NCBI GenBank assembly: GCA_002841595.1
Contig: PHAD01000002.1
Coordinates: 1 to 46,160 of the forward strand
Source of the DNA: Firmicutes bacterium HGW-Firmicutes-12
GTDB taxonomy: Bacteria; Bacillota; Peptococcia; DRI-13; PHAD01
Length of the DNA: 46,160 nucleotides
Reading direction: 5' to 3'
Made by a program: the position numbers and the translations under genes. The notes beneath the pieces were generated by a model. It ran no database searches, was not told the DNA's origin, and saw only the letters and a list, made by a program, of their open reading frames with translations. Shown piece by piece: positions 27,194 through 36,499 of the stretch. Positions within the stretch are counted from its first letter, which is position 1, and each line of letters starts with the position of its first letter.

Positions 27194-28828
27194 TTAATTT
27201 GCCGGTTTAGAAATGCTTTTCAACTGCTCCAAAACCTTATAATATTCAGCTTCAAGAGTTTCCTTATCGCAATACGGTAAACTCATCTTCGCAATGATTT
27301 CAGCAAGACGCATTCTTAGCATATCTTCTTGTGTCTTTTTATGATTATACTCTTGAGATGCTTGCTGACTTTCTTCGAGCTCTTTCATGTTTCCTATAAA
27401 TTCATTTATCTGTCCATTTTGCAGTATAAACAGTCTGTCAGCCGTTTTATTAACGAAAGCACTATCATGAGTTACAAACAATACGGTTCCTTCGTAGTCA
27501 GCAATGATATTCTCCAAAGCTTCTATAGCTGCCATATCAAGATAATTAGTCGGCTCATCCAGGAGCAAGACGTTGGCCTTGGATACAAAAAGTTTAGCAA
27601 AGGATACCTTAATCCTTTCTCCACCACTTAGAACTTTGATGTTTTTGTGAACACCTTCTCCAGCAATGAGTAACCGCGCCAATATGGTACGAATAGCCGT
27701 TTCTGTTTGAATGCTATCTTCCATTACATTCTCTAATACAGTCTTATTATAATCTAGATTTTCGAATCCTTGATAAAAATAGCCGATTACTGCCTTGGGA
27801 ACAATATAAATGTTATCTTTCCTACTACTAATTAGATTTAAAAGTGTGGTTTTACCTGCCCCATTATTACCAATTATTGCTACTTTCATTCCATTATAAA
27901 CTTTGAAACTTGCGCTATTGAATATCCTCTTACTACCATAGCAGAAGCTTAAATCATCACAAGATATGATAATCCTATTTCCAGGAGGATCCGTTAACGA
28001 GAAATCAAATTTAACACCTGGCAGCTCAATGGGCTTGGATTTGACTTCAAGCTTTTCTAAACGTGTTTTAATTATATTAGCTGCTTTGTCTGTTTTTTTC
28101 TTTTTTTCTTTAGTCTTACCCTTATGAAGTCTTGCTTCGGAATTCCCCATCCTTTGCGGGGCTTTTTTCATGGCCTTTGACTTGCTTTGCCTTTCTCTTC
28201 TAGCCTCCTCCAACCTATCCTTCACATCAATGAATTGATTATATTCAAACCATTCTCGTTTTATTTCTTCTTTTTTTTTATTTTGGTAAGACGTAAAGTT
28301 TCCTTCATAAAAAGACAACTTTCCATCCTTTATTTCTATAATCCGTGTACATAATTCGTCCAACAAATCTCTATCATGGCTGATTAAAAGTAAAGTTTCT
28401 ACTTGTATTAGTTTTTTCTTTAATGCTTCAATCCCCTTACGATCGAGATTGGCCGTAGGTTCATCCGCAAAAAGTAATACCTTATCTTTACTTAACTCTT
28501 GGGCAATTTTTAGCCTGGTATGCTCACCTCCGCTAACTTTGTTACAATTTACTTTATCTTGCACGTTAAATTCCTTTAATAACTTTCCGTCTACAGTTAT
28601 CACTTCATCTGAGAACTGTTTAATATATGCTATATCACAATATCTCTTTATAACGCCCTCATCACTAGCAATTTCTCCTGCCAGAATATCAAGTAACGTA
28701 GTCTTGCCGGCCCCATTTTGTCCAACTAACCCAATCTTTTCACCACTTTGTATACATAGCTCATCGAAGGCTATAATCAACTTATCTCCGTAATACTTTT
28801 TTATCTTAATTGCCTCTAAAATAAACAC
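27194..28828 (-). CDS. ABC-F ribosomal protection ATPase (CplR/Vga/Msr-like antibiotic-resistance ABCF)
   Basis: Two NBDs (GQNGAGKTT/VSGGE/DEPT and GNNGAGKTT/LSGGE/DEPTNYLD), no TM domain, long basic linker KKAPQRMGNSEARLHK, C-terminal extension; GTG start. Confidence 0.88.
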   Translation of the reverse strand: MFILEAIKIKKYYGDKLIIAFDELCIQSGEKIGLVGQNGAGKTTLLDILAGEIASDEGVIKRYCDIAYIKQFSDEVITVDGKLLKEFNVQDKVNCNKVSGGEHTRLKIAQELSKDKVLLFADEPTANLDRKGIEALKKKLIQVETLLLISHDRDLLDELCTRIIEIKDGKLSFYEGNFTSYQNKKKEEIKREWFEYNQFIDVKDRLEEARRERQSKSKAMKKAPQRMGNSEARLHKGKTKEKKKKTDKAANIIKTRLEKLEVKSKPIELPGVKFDFSLTDPPGNRIIISCDDLSFCYGSKRIFNSASFKVYNGMKVAIIGNNGAGKTTLLNLISSRKDNIYIVPKAVIGYFYQGFENLDYNKTVLENVMEDSIQTETAIRTILARLLIAGEGVHKNIKVLSGGERIKVSFAKLFVSKANVLLLDEPTNYLDMAAIEALENIIADYEGTVLFVTHDSAFVNKTADRLFILQNGQINEFIGNMKELEESQQASQEYNHKKTQEDMLRMRLAEIIAKMSLPYCDKETLEAEYYKVLEQLKSISKPAN

Positions 28829-28995
28829 AAAAAATCTCTCCTTTGCCTTAGCTGGAAAGATTAAATGAATTCTAAAGGGTATAGCTATACCCTTTAATTA
28901 ATATAAGTTTCATTCAACTAATCCAGCACTATTCAGGCGCATAACGCCTACATCAAAACATTTTTGATTTAATAACTGAATTAGTTAATTCTCAT
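28829..28995 (-). promoter_or_regulatory. Ribosome-dependent attenuator leader of the ABC-F gene
   Basis: uORF MRIN (28995-28981); segment 28986-28976 pairs with 28926-28916; that segment can alternatively pair with 28870-28852; terminator AATCTTTCC/GGAGAGATT plus U-run sequesters the RBS. Confidence 0.8.
28981..28995 (-). CDS. Leader peptide uORF Met-Arg-Ile-Asn
   Basis: ATG AGA ATT AAC TAA preceded by purine-rich AGAGGGTAAGG; overlaps the first pairing segment of the attenuator. Confidence 0.7.
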   Translation of the reverse strand: MRIN

Positions 28996-29043
28996 TTCAA
29001 TATAATACCTTACCCTCTTTTATTATTCTATTCTAATAACATT

Positions 29044-30108
29044 TTACGGGTTTAAATAAGAAAAATCAATCGGATATTCAATTTCTTGTATTTCCTTGAC
29101 TACATACGCATTATTCTTTTGCATTTTTATCAGGCGCTGATACTCCATCTTTTCCCCATCCTCCGGATATTCAAACATGTAATCAACAATCGCATAATAT
29201 ATACCCTTGTTTTGCATGTCTTCCAGTAAAATACGAACTTTAGGATATTCAGATACTCCGCCTACCGCTGGTACAGTGTATTTTCCTTTTTCATATGCAG
29301 TAATATCAACTGCCTTGTGTTCTTTTATTTCTACTCCAAAGTACTTCTTGGCTAATTCATCCATTACGGATACGTCAAATACTATATCCACACCTTCTTC
29401 TACTTTATCTCCAAATCCACTTGTATCCAAAAAGCCCAAAGCCAAATTATAACCAACAAAGTTTATGATTATCTCATCCGTTAAGTCACCTTCAACAAAA
29501 GGTCCAAGCCTGTCTTTAGCCGCAGGGAATAAGAATTGCTCTATGGCTTCTTTTTCTTCATCCGTCATATTTACCTTTTCTGTTTCAATGGGTTTTACAA
29601 AAGTGAATTCCCCTTCCGGGATTCCCCACATCGGAGTAATATCAACTTCATCTCTTGAAATTTTTGCCTGGATCTTCTCTTGGACAAAGGTTAGCTCTAT
29701 ATTCCCAGTATATTCCCATCCTTCATCCTCATAAGATGCCCTTAGTTTTCCATCTTCTATGTTTCCTGTAAAAGCAACTTCTGCTTGACGATAGCTTGGT
29801 GCCCCCTGTACTGAATAGATACTTCCTTTTATTACCCCATTATTATTTTCAACGATGTTTATTCCCGTAGTGCCAAAGTACTCTTCCAAAGCTGTCATCA
29901 AGTAAAGTCCTTCATTTACTGCCACAACTATTTTCCAATCACCTTTATACTTTGCAAAATCTACTGGGTCCATTTCAGAACCTGCCTTTTCCTTATCGGT
30001 ACTCTCTTTATTCTCTAGCTCATTATCAACTTGTGAATTAGTATTATTACATCCAACAACAAGAGTAAGGATTAGCAATATTGCTAATATTAAAGCTAGT
30101 CTTTTCAT
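29044..30108 (-). CDS. Acidic lipoprotein of unknown function
   Basis: MKR + hydrophobic stretch + LVVGC lipobox; GGGAGG RBS. Confidence 0.8.
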   Translation of the reverse strand: MKRLALILAILLILTLVVGCNNTNSQVDNELENKESTDKEKAGSEMDPVDFAKYKGDWKIVVAVNEGLYLMTALEEYFGTTGINIVENNNGVIKGSIYSVQGAPSYRQAEVAFTGNIEDGKLRASYEDEGWEYTGNIELTFVQEKIQAKISRDEVDITPMWGIPEGEFTFVKPIETEKVNMTDEEKEAIEQFLFPAAKDRLGPFVEGDLTDEIIINFVGYNLALGFLDTSGFGDKVEEGVDIVFDVSVMDELAKKYFGVEIKEHKAVDITAYEKGKYTVPAVGGVSEYPKVRILLEDMQNKGIYYAIVDYMFEYPEDGEKMEYQRLIKMQKNNAYVVKEIQEIEYPIDFSYLNP

Positions 30109-30241
30109 CTTTTCCTCCCTTTAATATTTCTTCCTTTAGAATTCTACTTACAAATTTAGGCTGATACAGTATTAATATGCTCCTATTAATAGTTTCTTAC
30201 AAAATGGTATATATTTCAAGTGCTGCTTATGTCGTTTTGGG

Positions 30242-30543
30242 TTACTTATGTAGTTTTTCTCGCATAGGCTTCATATAACTGTTCGAGAGCTTGTACTTCT
30301 CTCTTTAATCCATTAACCATCTTATACAATTGGATCTTAATCTTTATCCGCACCACCAGTGTTATAAATCCTGTGTATCCCTTCTTTTTCATCAGGAAAG
30401 ACCTTTTCAATAAAATCAAAGAAGTGCTTTCGTGTAGTACCTCTTAAATACAAAGTACCTGCTAAGACATAATGGACATTGCATTGGCTTGCCAGCTTAA
30501 ATATATTATCCAGATTATAAGTATACTTTGCTTCACTTTCCAT
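30242..30543 (-). pseudogene. Frameshifted C-terminal remnant of a radical SAM (SPL-like) protein
   Basis: YNLDNIFKLA...HYVLAGTLYLRGTTRKHFFDFI...GGADKD continues across two frameshifts as KIQLYKMVNGL / REKYKLSNSYMKPMREKLHK* (stop 30242); no CxxxCxxC N-terminus; family from recall. Confidence 0.6.
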
Positions 30544-30549
30544 AGATCT

Positions 30550-31989
30550 TTATTGTGTATCTCTAACACTACGTTTAACCTTAGCCCTTTTTGCGTATAA
30601 TCTATAAGCTGTCAGCAAAGCTCCTATAATGCATAATACTCCTGCAGTAATGAATACAACCTTCATGCCATAAATGAATGCATCCTCTTGCCCCGGAATA
30701 TAATCATTAACATCGTATCCTAGTTTATGACTCATTCGATTATATAATAGTGTAGTAGCCATGGATATGCCGAAAACCATTCCCAAATTTCTGACTAAAG
30801 CATTAACACTGCCAGCAATTCCTAGTCTATTTGTAGTTACAGTTGACATGATCAAGGAAGTATTTGGTGATTGAAAAAGTCCATTCCCTATAGACATGAT
30901 GATTACAAAAGTAACCAAGGTTAGGATGCTAGAGTGTTGATTCAAGGTAGACATTAGAAACAATCCAACACTGGTGAGTGTCAATCCCAAAAAGGTCAGT
31001 ATCTCCGACCCAATTATATCGGACAAATATCCACTAATTGGGGCTACTATGGCCAAAATCATCGGAAAGGCCATCAAAATAAGTCCGGTAACAGCCGGTG
31101 ATAAGTTCATTACATTTTGCAAATAAAAGGGCTGTATAATATTTGAACAGCTAATAGCGACGAAAGAGATAAAGGCGCATAAAAGGCTAAGAGAAAATAA
31201 CATATTCTTAAAAATCTCAAGCTGTAAAAGAGGTTCTGACATCCTTTTTTCAATCTTAATAAACATGATCATAGATAGCGCCGCTATAACAAGACCTGTA
31301 ATAATAATTGGTTTAGTATATCCTAGATCCTCACCTCTGATTAATGAACCAAAGAGAGTTAGAATAACAATAATAATCAATAACGCCCCTTTGATATCGA
31401 ACTTTTCCTTAGTAAATTTTTCTATCGCTGGAAGAACTCTAGCTCCCATGATCAAGGCAAATATCCCTATAGGAATATTTATTAAAAAAATGTATTTCCA
31501 ACTTAAAACACTTACGATAAATCCCCCTAAAGGTGGACCAACCAAAGATCCCAACGCCACAGAAGTCCCTGCCATTCCTAGAGCTCTTCCTCTTTCATTT
31601 CTTGGAAACACCTGAGTAATGATGCCCTGATTAGTTGCCATAGCCCCGGCGGCACCAACAGCTTGAATAATTCTTGCCATTACTAGAACTGTAAATGAAT
31701 TTGCAAGACCACACATTAACGAGCCAATAGTAAATATAGCGATCCCATACTTAAATACTCTTATTTTACCTATAATATCTCCTAACTTACCAAATATCAA
31801 AATCGTTGTAGCTATAACAATCAGATAAGCCGTTACTACCCAAGCAATAGCTTCTGTACTAACAGACAACTTTTCTGCCATCATTGGCAATGCTACGTTT
31901 ACGATACTGCTATCCAATGTAGCCATAAAGGTCATCATAACAACATTAAGTAAAATGAGCATTCTGTTTTTATATATTTTCTCTTCCAT
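30550..31989 (-). CDS. DHA2 (EmrB/QacA) family MFS efflux transporter
   Basis: LDSSIVNVALP, GKLGDIIG, ARIIQAVGAA, GPPLGG, WKYIFLINIPIG; about 14 TM. Confidence 0.93.
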   Translation of the reverse strand: MEEKIYKNRMLILLNVVMMTFMATLDSSIVNVALPMMAEKLSVSTEAIAWVVTAYLIVIATTILIFGKLGDIIGKIRVFKYGIAIFTIGSLMCGLANSFTVLVMARIIQAVGAAGAMATNQGIITQVFPRNERGRALGMAGTSVALGSLVGPPLGGFIVSVLSWKYIFLINIPIGIFALIMGARVLPAIEKFTKEKFDIKGALLIIIVILTLFGSLIRGEDLGYTKPIIITGLVIAALSMIMFIKIEKRMSEPLLQLEIFKNMLFSLSLLCAFISFVAISCSNIIQPFYLQNVMNLSPAVTGLILMAFPMILAIVAPISGYLSDIIGSEILTFLGLTLTSVGLFLMSTLNQHSSILTLVTFVIIMSIGNGLFQSPNTSLIMSTVTTNRLGIAGSVNALVRNLGMVFGISMATTLLYNRMSHKLGYDVNDYIPGQEDAFIYGMKVVFITAGVLCIIGALLTAYRLYAKRAKVKRSVRDTQ

Positions 31990-32001
31990 TTACTTCATAC
32001 C

Positions 32002-32457
32002 TTACCCTTCATTCAACTTATAGTTGTTTTTATATTCTTTTGCATTTTTTAAAATAATACTTAATAAATCTAATATCCTTTCCTCATCATCTGCGTTTAA
32101 TTCTTTTGTTATCATTTCGTTCCAATGGAGTAGTTCTCTCTTGACTGCCGGGATAATAGCTTTGCCCCGATCTGTTAAGAATAGTTTATAAGCCCTTGAA
32201 TCCTCAATATCTTCTTTCTTTTCTAAATACTCAAGTTCAATAAGCCTTTTTATAGCTCTCGCCGACATAGCTTTATCTATATTTAGTTCTTTACTTATTT
32301 GATTCTGGTTAATACCTTCTTTCTCTGATAGCACAAATAAAAATGGATATGTACCAGTACTAAGCTTATATTTCGCGAGGACTTCATTAGCGTATGCTTG
32401 CGTGCACCTATAAAGATTATTGGCAAGTTTTGTTAAGGTTGGTTTTCCAAATATCAT
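32002..32457 (-). CDS. MarR-family transcriptional regulator
   Basis: GINQNQISKELNIDKAMSARAIKRL...EDSRAYKLFLTDRG; start moved to ATG 32457 after GAAAGGAAAG. Confidence 0.92.
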   Translation of the reverse strand: MIFGKPTLTKLANNLYRCTQAYANEVLAKYKLSTGTYPFLFVLSEKEGINQNQISKELNIDKAMSARAIKRLIELEYLEKKEDIEDSRAYKLFLTDRGKAIIPAVKRELLHWNEMITKELNADDEERILDLLSIILKNAKEYKNNYKLNEG

Positions 32458-32500
32458 ATCTTCTTTCCTTTCCAAAACATGAATTTTATTTATATTTCTC

Positions 32501-32556
32501 ATAAAATAATAAGGCAATATAGTTGATTGGTCAACTATATTGCCTTATTATTTTAT
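32501..32556. promoter_or_regulatory. Perfect 26-bp inverted repeat, probable MarR operator
   Basis: ATAAAATAATAAGGCAATATAGTTGA-TTGG-TCAACTATATTGCCTTATTATTTTAT, 44 bp upstream of marR. Confidence 0.7.
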
Positions 32557-32691
32557 CCTGATCTTTTCGACGGTTAAAACAATGATAACTGTTTATAATA
32601 TAACCTAGTTCTTTCACCTAGATAATGCTATTGTAATAGTAGGGTAATATTATTAAATATGTATAATAAATTTATAAAGGTGGCATAGTGT

Positions 32692-33837
32692 ATGGCAAAA
32701 GTAGCCTTAATCAGATGTGAGAGCTATGATTATCATGAAGTGAAAGAAGCTGTATATAAGGGTCTGCATTTAATAGGGGGTCCGGAAAGTTTCGTCAAAC
32801 CTGGAGAAAAGATCATACTAAAGCCAAATTTATTAACAGGTGATCCACCAGAAAAATGTGTAACTACTCACCCAAATGTATTCAAAGCTGTTGGTGAAAT
32901 TTTTAAAAGTACAGGGGCCGCTCTTTCTTATGGTGATTCACCTGGCTTTGGCAGTATTGAAAGTGTCTTAAAGAAAACTGGCATAGGAGCCGCAGCGTCA
33001 GATTTGAGTATTCCTTTAGCTAACTTTCAAACCGGAGAGGAAGTACATTTTGAAGGTGGCATTCAAAACAAAAAGTTTGTAATCGCTAAGGGGGTTCTTG
33101 AGTGTGATGGCTTAATCAGCCTACCTAAGCTCAAGACGCACGGTTTAGCTCGGATGACCGGCTGTGTTAAAAATCAGTTTGGTTGTATTCCCGGCTTTCT
33201 AAAAGGAGAATTTCATGTAAAGCTTCCCAACGTCAATGAATTCGCTCAGATGCTGATTGACCTAAATCTATATTTGAAACCAAGACTTTATGTTATGGAC
33301 GGCATTATAGCTATGGAAGGTAATGGTCCACGGGGTGGAACTCCTAAGAAAATGAATGTATTACTTTTTTCCTCCGATCCTATAGCTTTAGATGCAACGA
33401 TTTGCCGTATGATTAATCTTGCACCTGAATTTGTTCCAACTATAACATTTGGTAAAGATGCCGGTTTGGGTACCTACCATGAAGAGGATATAGAAATTGT
33501 AGGTGATCGACTAGAAAACTTCCGAGTTCGCGATTTCGAAGTGAAGCGTGAGCCAATTAAGGCCTATAAGTCTAAAGGAGCACTAAACTTATTAAGGAAC
33601 TCCTTTATTCCCAAACCTTTTATTATTGAGAGAAAATGTGTAAAATGCGGTGTTTGTATAACTATGTGCCCAGTAAACCCTAAGGCTGTCGATTGGCATG
33701 ATGGCGACAAAAAAAAGACACCGAGCTATAAATATAATCGGTGCATTAGATGCTATTGCTGTCAGGAGTTATGCCCTGAAAGCGCTATAGATTTAAAAGT
33801 ACCTTTCATTAGAAAATTATTGAGCCTATACAAGTAA
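32692..33837 (+). CDS. DUF362 protein with C-terminal 4Fe-4S dicluster
   Basis: LKPNLL, TTHP, GDSPG, LPKLKTH, KNQFGC, MEGNGPRGG; CVKCGVCITMCP and CIRCYCCQELCP. Confidence 0.9.
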   Translation: MAKVALIRCESYDYHEVKEAVYKGLHLIGGPESFVKPGEKIILKPNLLTGDPPEKCVTTHPNVFKAVGEIFKSTGAALSYGDSPGFGSIESVLKKTGIGAAASDLSIPLANFQTGEEVHFEGGIQNKKFVIAKGVLECDGLISLPKLKTHGLARMTGCVKNQFGCIPGFLKGEFHVKLPNVNEFAQMLIDLNLYLKPRLYVMDGIIAMEGNGPRGGTPKKMNVLLFSSDPIALDATICRMINLAPEFVPTITFGKDAGLGTYHEEDIEIVGDRLENFRVRDFEVKREPIKAYKSKGALNLLRNSFIPKPFIIERKCVKCGVCITMCPVNPKAVDWHDGDKKKTPSYKYNRCIRCYCCQELCPESAIDLKVPFIRKLLSLYK

Positions 33838-33860
33838 AATTATTTAAAAAGGAGGCTTCT

Positions 33861-34817
33861 ATGGATAAGCGTATCCTGGTTCTAGTGCCCGTAGAGGATC
33901 ATCATAAGGTGATATTAGAAAGTGCTACATCAAAAGCCATTTTTACTTACAGTAGTATCAAGACAGTTACTAAAGAGCAAGTGGAAAGTACCCATATAGT
34001 GATTGGGAATATCCCAATCAGCTTACTAGAGCACGCGAATAACTTGGAATGGCTACAGCTGAATTCGTCGGGTGTTGGTGCTTATTCAAGGTGGGCACTA
34101 CAGAAGAATTTCACTCTGACTTGCGCCACAGGGATCTATGGATTAGCAGTATCAGAGCATATATTAGGACTTATTCTGTCACTCTATAAAAAACTATACC
34201 TATATCGTGATAATCAATTATCCCAAGCATGGGTAGATGAAGGCCCGGTGAAGACTATTGAAGGGTCCATTGCTTTGATAGTGGGATTAGGAGATATAGG
34301 TTCAACACTAGCCAAGAAGCTAAAAGCTCTGGGTGCTTATACTATTGGTGTACGTCGTTTAGATTTAAATAAACCTAACTACGTTGATGAACTCTATCCC
34401 ACCGAGAAACTAGATGAGCTTTTACCCAGAGCTGACATAATTACGTTTATTCTCCCCGACACCAAAGATACCTATCATCTAGTTAATGAACGTCGCCTCA
34501 ATCTTATGAAGAATGATGCAATACTAATCAATACCGGCAGAGGAAGTTTAATTGATCAAGATGCTTTGTGCAATGTTCTAGATACGGGAAAACTTTTAGC
34601 CGTTGGACTTGATGTAACTAATCCAGAACCTCTGCCAGCTAATCATAGACTATGGGGAATTAAAAACGTAATTATTACACCACATGTGTCAGGAGATTAT
34701 CATCTAAAAGAGACTCATGAAAGATTGATCCAACTTACAGCAACGAACTTACATGCCTTTTTCAATGACAAAGAATTGACTAGTTTAGTTGATCACTCTA
34801 CAGGTTATAGACGGTGA
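33861..34817 (+). CDS. D-2-hydroxyacid dehydrogenase family protein
   Basis: VGLGDIG, LINTGRG, LDVTNPEPLP, ITPHVSG. Confidence 0.9.
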   Translation: MDKRILVLVPVEDHHKVILESATSKAIFTYSSIKTVTKEQVESTHIVIGNIPISLLEHANNLEWLQLNSSGVGAYSRWALQKNFTLTCATGIYGLAVSEHILGLILSLYKKLYLYRDNQLSQAWVDEGPVKTIEGSIALIVGLGDIGSTLAKKLKALGAYTIGVRRLDLNKPNYVDELYPTEKLDELLPRADIITFILPDTKDTYHLVNERRLNLMKNDAILINTGRGSLIDQDALCNVLDTGKLLAVGLDVTNPEPLPANHRLWGIKNVIITPHVSGDYHLKETHERLIQLTATNLHAFFNDKELTSLVDHSTGYRR

Positions 34818-34839
34818 AAGCTTTTTAGTAAACTTAACT

Positions 34840-36303
34840 TTAAGCACTTTCGACAAAGATATCATCTTCGTTGACATTACGCTGCTTGAGTACTTTCATA
34901 GCCGGTCCTATCATGGGCTTCGGCCCGCAAATATATACTTTGTAGCCCTCTAGTTCCATTTCTTGTATGATGTTGGTTACAAAGCCTTTTTTCCCTTCCC
35001 ACGTTTTATCAGAAGCTACCACCTTGATATACTCAAATTTAGCATACTCATATTCTAGCTTTTTAAAATGATCATCATAGATGAATTCATCTTGCTTGTT
35101 TACACCATATATCAATTTGATTTCATCTATATTATTCTTCGTTTGTAGTAATTCCGTTACAATAGGTCTAAACGGCGTAATCCCTATACCCCCAGCAATC
35201 AGAAGCACCTTTTTCACTGACTTATCGACAACAAGCTCCTTACCCATTGGACCTTCTAATTCTACCTTCTTTCCAACTTTAAAGGTATCCGCTATTATCT
35301 GGGTTCCATAGCCATCCGACATATTCTTCATCGTAACACTCAAGCTTCTACCATCTTTATCATATGATGAAATGGAATAGGCACGGCTCATCGAAGGATA
35401 ATCGGAAATTTTAACTAGTATAAACTGTCCCGGTTTGTAGTCAACCCTCTGAGGATCTTTAAAATTAAAGGAGTATTCAGTAATGTCATCTTTTAATTGC
35501 ACAATCTTGCTAATAACCGCGCTAATCCTCTGTCTACCTTCATACCCTTCAATTTCAGTGCTTGCATTAATTATCTCAGCCTCTTTTTGGGTATCTAACG
35601 ATAATATACCTGCTGGGCAGTTTACTACACAGGTCGAGCATCTTATACATTTCTCATTGTCAAACTGGTTTTTATCTGAGAACTCTTGATACGGCAGTAA
35701 TTGCATTGGGCAAACCCTAGCGCATTTACCACAGTTATGGCATTTCTCTTGGGCCGCTACAATAACTTTTTTATCAGTTAACTTGGCTACTCCCAGTAAC
35801 TTACCAAGCTTGTAGGACAATGTCTGAATTGTACCCATAGGACAAAACTGACACCAGGCTCTCGGTGAAATAAAAATGCTTAGCAAACCACCAACTATCA
35901 AAACCATAAGATACGTGGTTACAAAAACAAAACCTAACTTATCGAGAAACATATCGCTTCCAAAGGTAGGAAATACCTTCATGAACTTGTTCGTCATACT
36001 GTATCCGAACCCGGCAAAAACAAGGGCACGAAAAACCTTTGATTTTAAGATGGCCGGTATTTTTTTATTTGAGCTTAAGGGTAAAGCAAGAAAATCATAT
36101 AAGCTACCATGGGGACAATAGTTTCCACACCACTGTCTTCCCCTGAAAAAGGATAAGGCACTAAGTGCTATCATTATTGGTATAACCAGTAATCCAAGCT
36201 TATGGTACCACAGACCACCAATTGCTACCAAAAGTGTTATGATCCATGCTCGCTTTCTAACTAGAGTAAATGTTCTGTTTGTTTTAATATTAAATGTCGC
36301 CAA
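34840..36303 (-). CDS. Membrane 4Fe-4S protein (NapH/YccM-like) fused to an FNR-type FAD/NAD(P)-binding oxidoreductase
   Basis: TM helices with GRQWCGNYCPHG and PRAWCQFCPMG; two CxxCxxCxxxCP motifs; RAYSISS, IAGGIGITPF, YICGP; TTG start after AGGAGG. Confidence 0.85.
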   Translation of the reverse strand: MATFNIKTNRTFTLVRKRAWIITLLVAIGGLWYHKLGLLVIPIMIALSALSFFRGRQWCGNYCPHGSLYDFLALPLSSNKKIPAILKSKVFRALVFAGFGYSMTNKFMKVFPTFGSDMFLDKLGFVFVTTYLMVLIVGGLLSIFISPRAWCQFCPMGTIQTLSYKLGKLLGVAKLTDKKVIVAAQEKCHNCGKCARVCPMQLLPYQEFSDKNQFDNEKCIRCSTCVVNCPAGILSLDTQKEAEIINASTEIEGYEGRQRISAVISKIVQLKDDITEYSFNFKDPQRVDYKPGQFILVKISDYPSMSRAYSISSYDKDGRSLSVTMKNMSDGYGTQIIADTFKVGKKVELEGPMGKELVVDKSVKKVLLIAGGIGITPFRPIVTELLQTKNNIDEIKLIYGVNKQDEFIYDDHFKKLEYEYAKFEYIKVVASDKTWEGKKGFVTNIIQEMELEGYKVYICGPKPMIGPAMKVLKQRNVNEDDIFVESA

Positions 36304-36328
36304 AGTAGTATCCTCCTATTTTTGTATT

Positions 36329-36357
36329 ATTATACCCATACCCCTATAGGGTATCAA
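36329..36357 (-). promoter_or_regulatory. SigA promoter with a CsoR-family operator over the spacer and -35
   Basis: Minus-strand TTGATA(36357-36352)-17 bp-TATAAT(36334-36329); ATACCCTATAGGGGTAT at 36354-36338. Confidence 0.75.
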
Positions 36358-36420
36358 TACATATTATTTTATCTATGTGTTAGGATATTGTCAATATATA
36401 TATCCCATATACCATTTTTT

Positions 36421-36481
36421 GCATATATAAATAACCCCGGAACAGTTCACACAAACTTAGTCCGGGGTTATTTATATATGC
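36421..36481 (-). terminator. Long stem-loop, probable terminator after the flavin oxidoreductase
   Basis: Perfect 21-bp arms GCATATATAAATAACCCCGGA / TCCGGGGTTATTTATATATGC with a 19-nt loop. Confidence 0.7.
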
Positions 36482-36499
36482 TCGTACTTTTATAATCTT

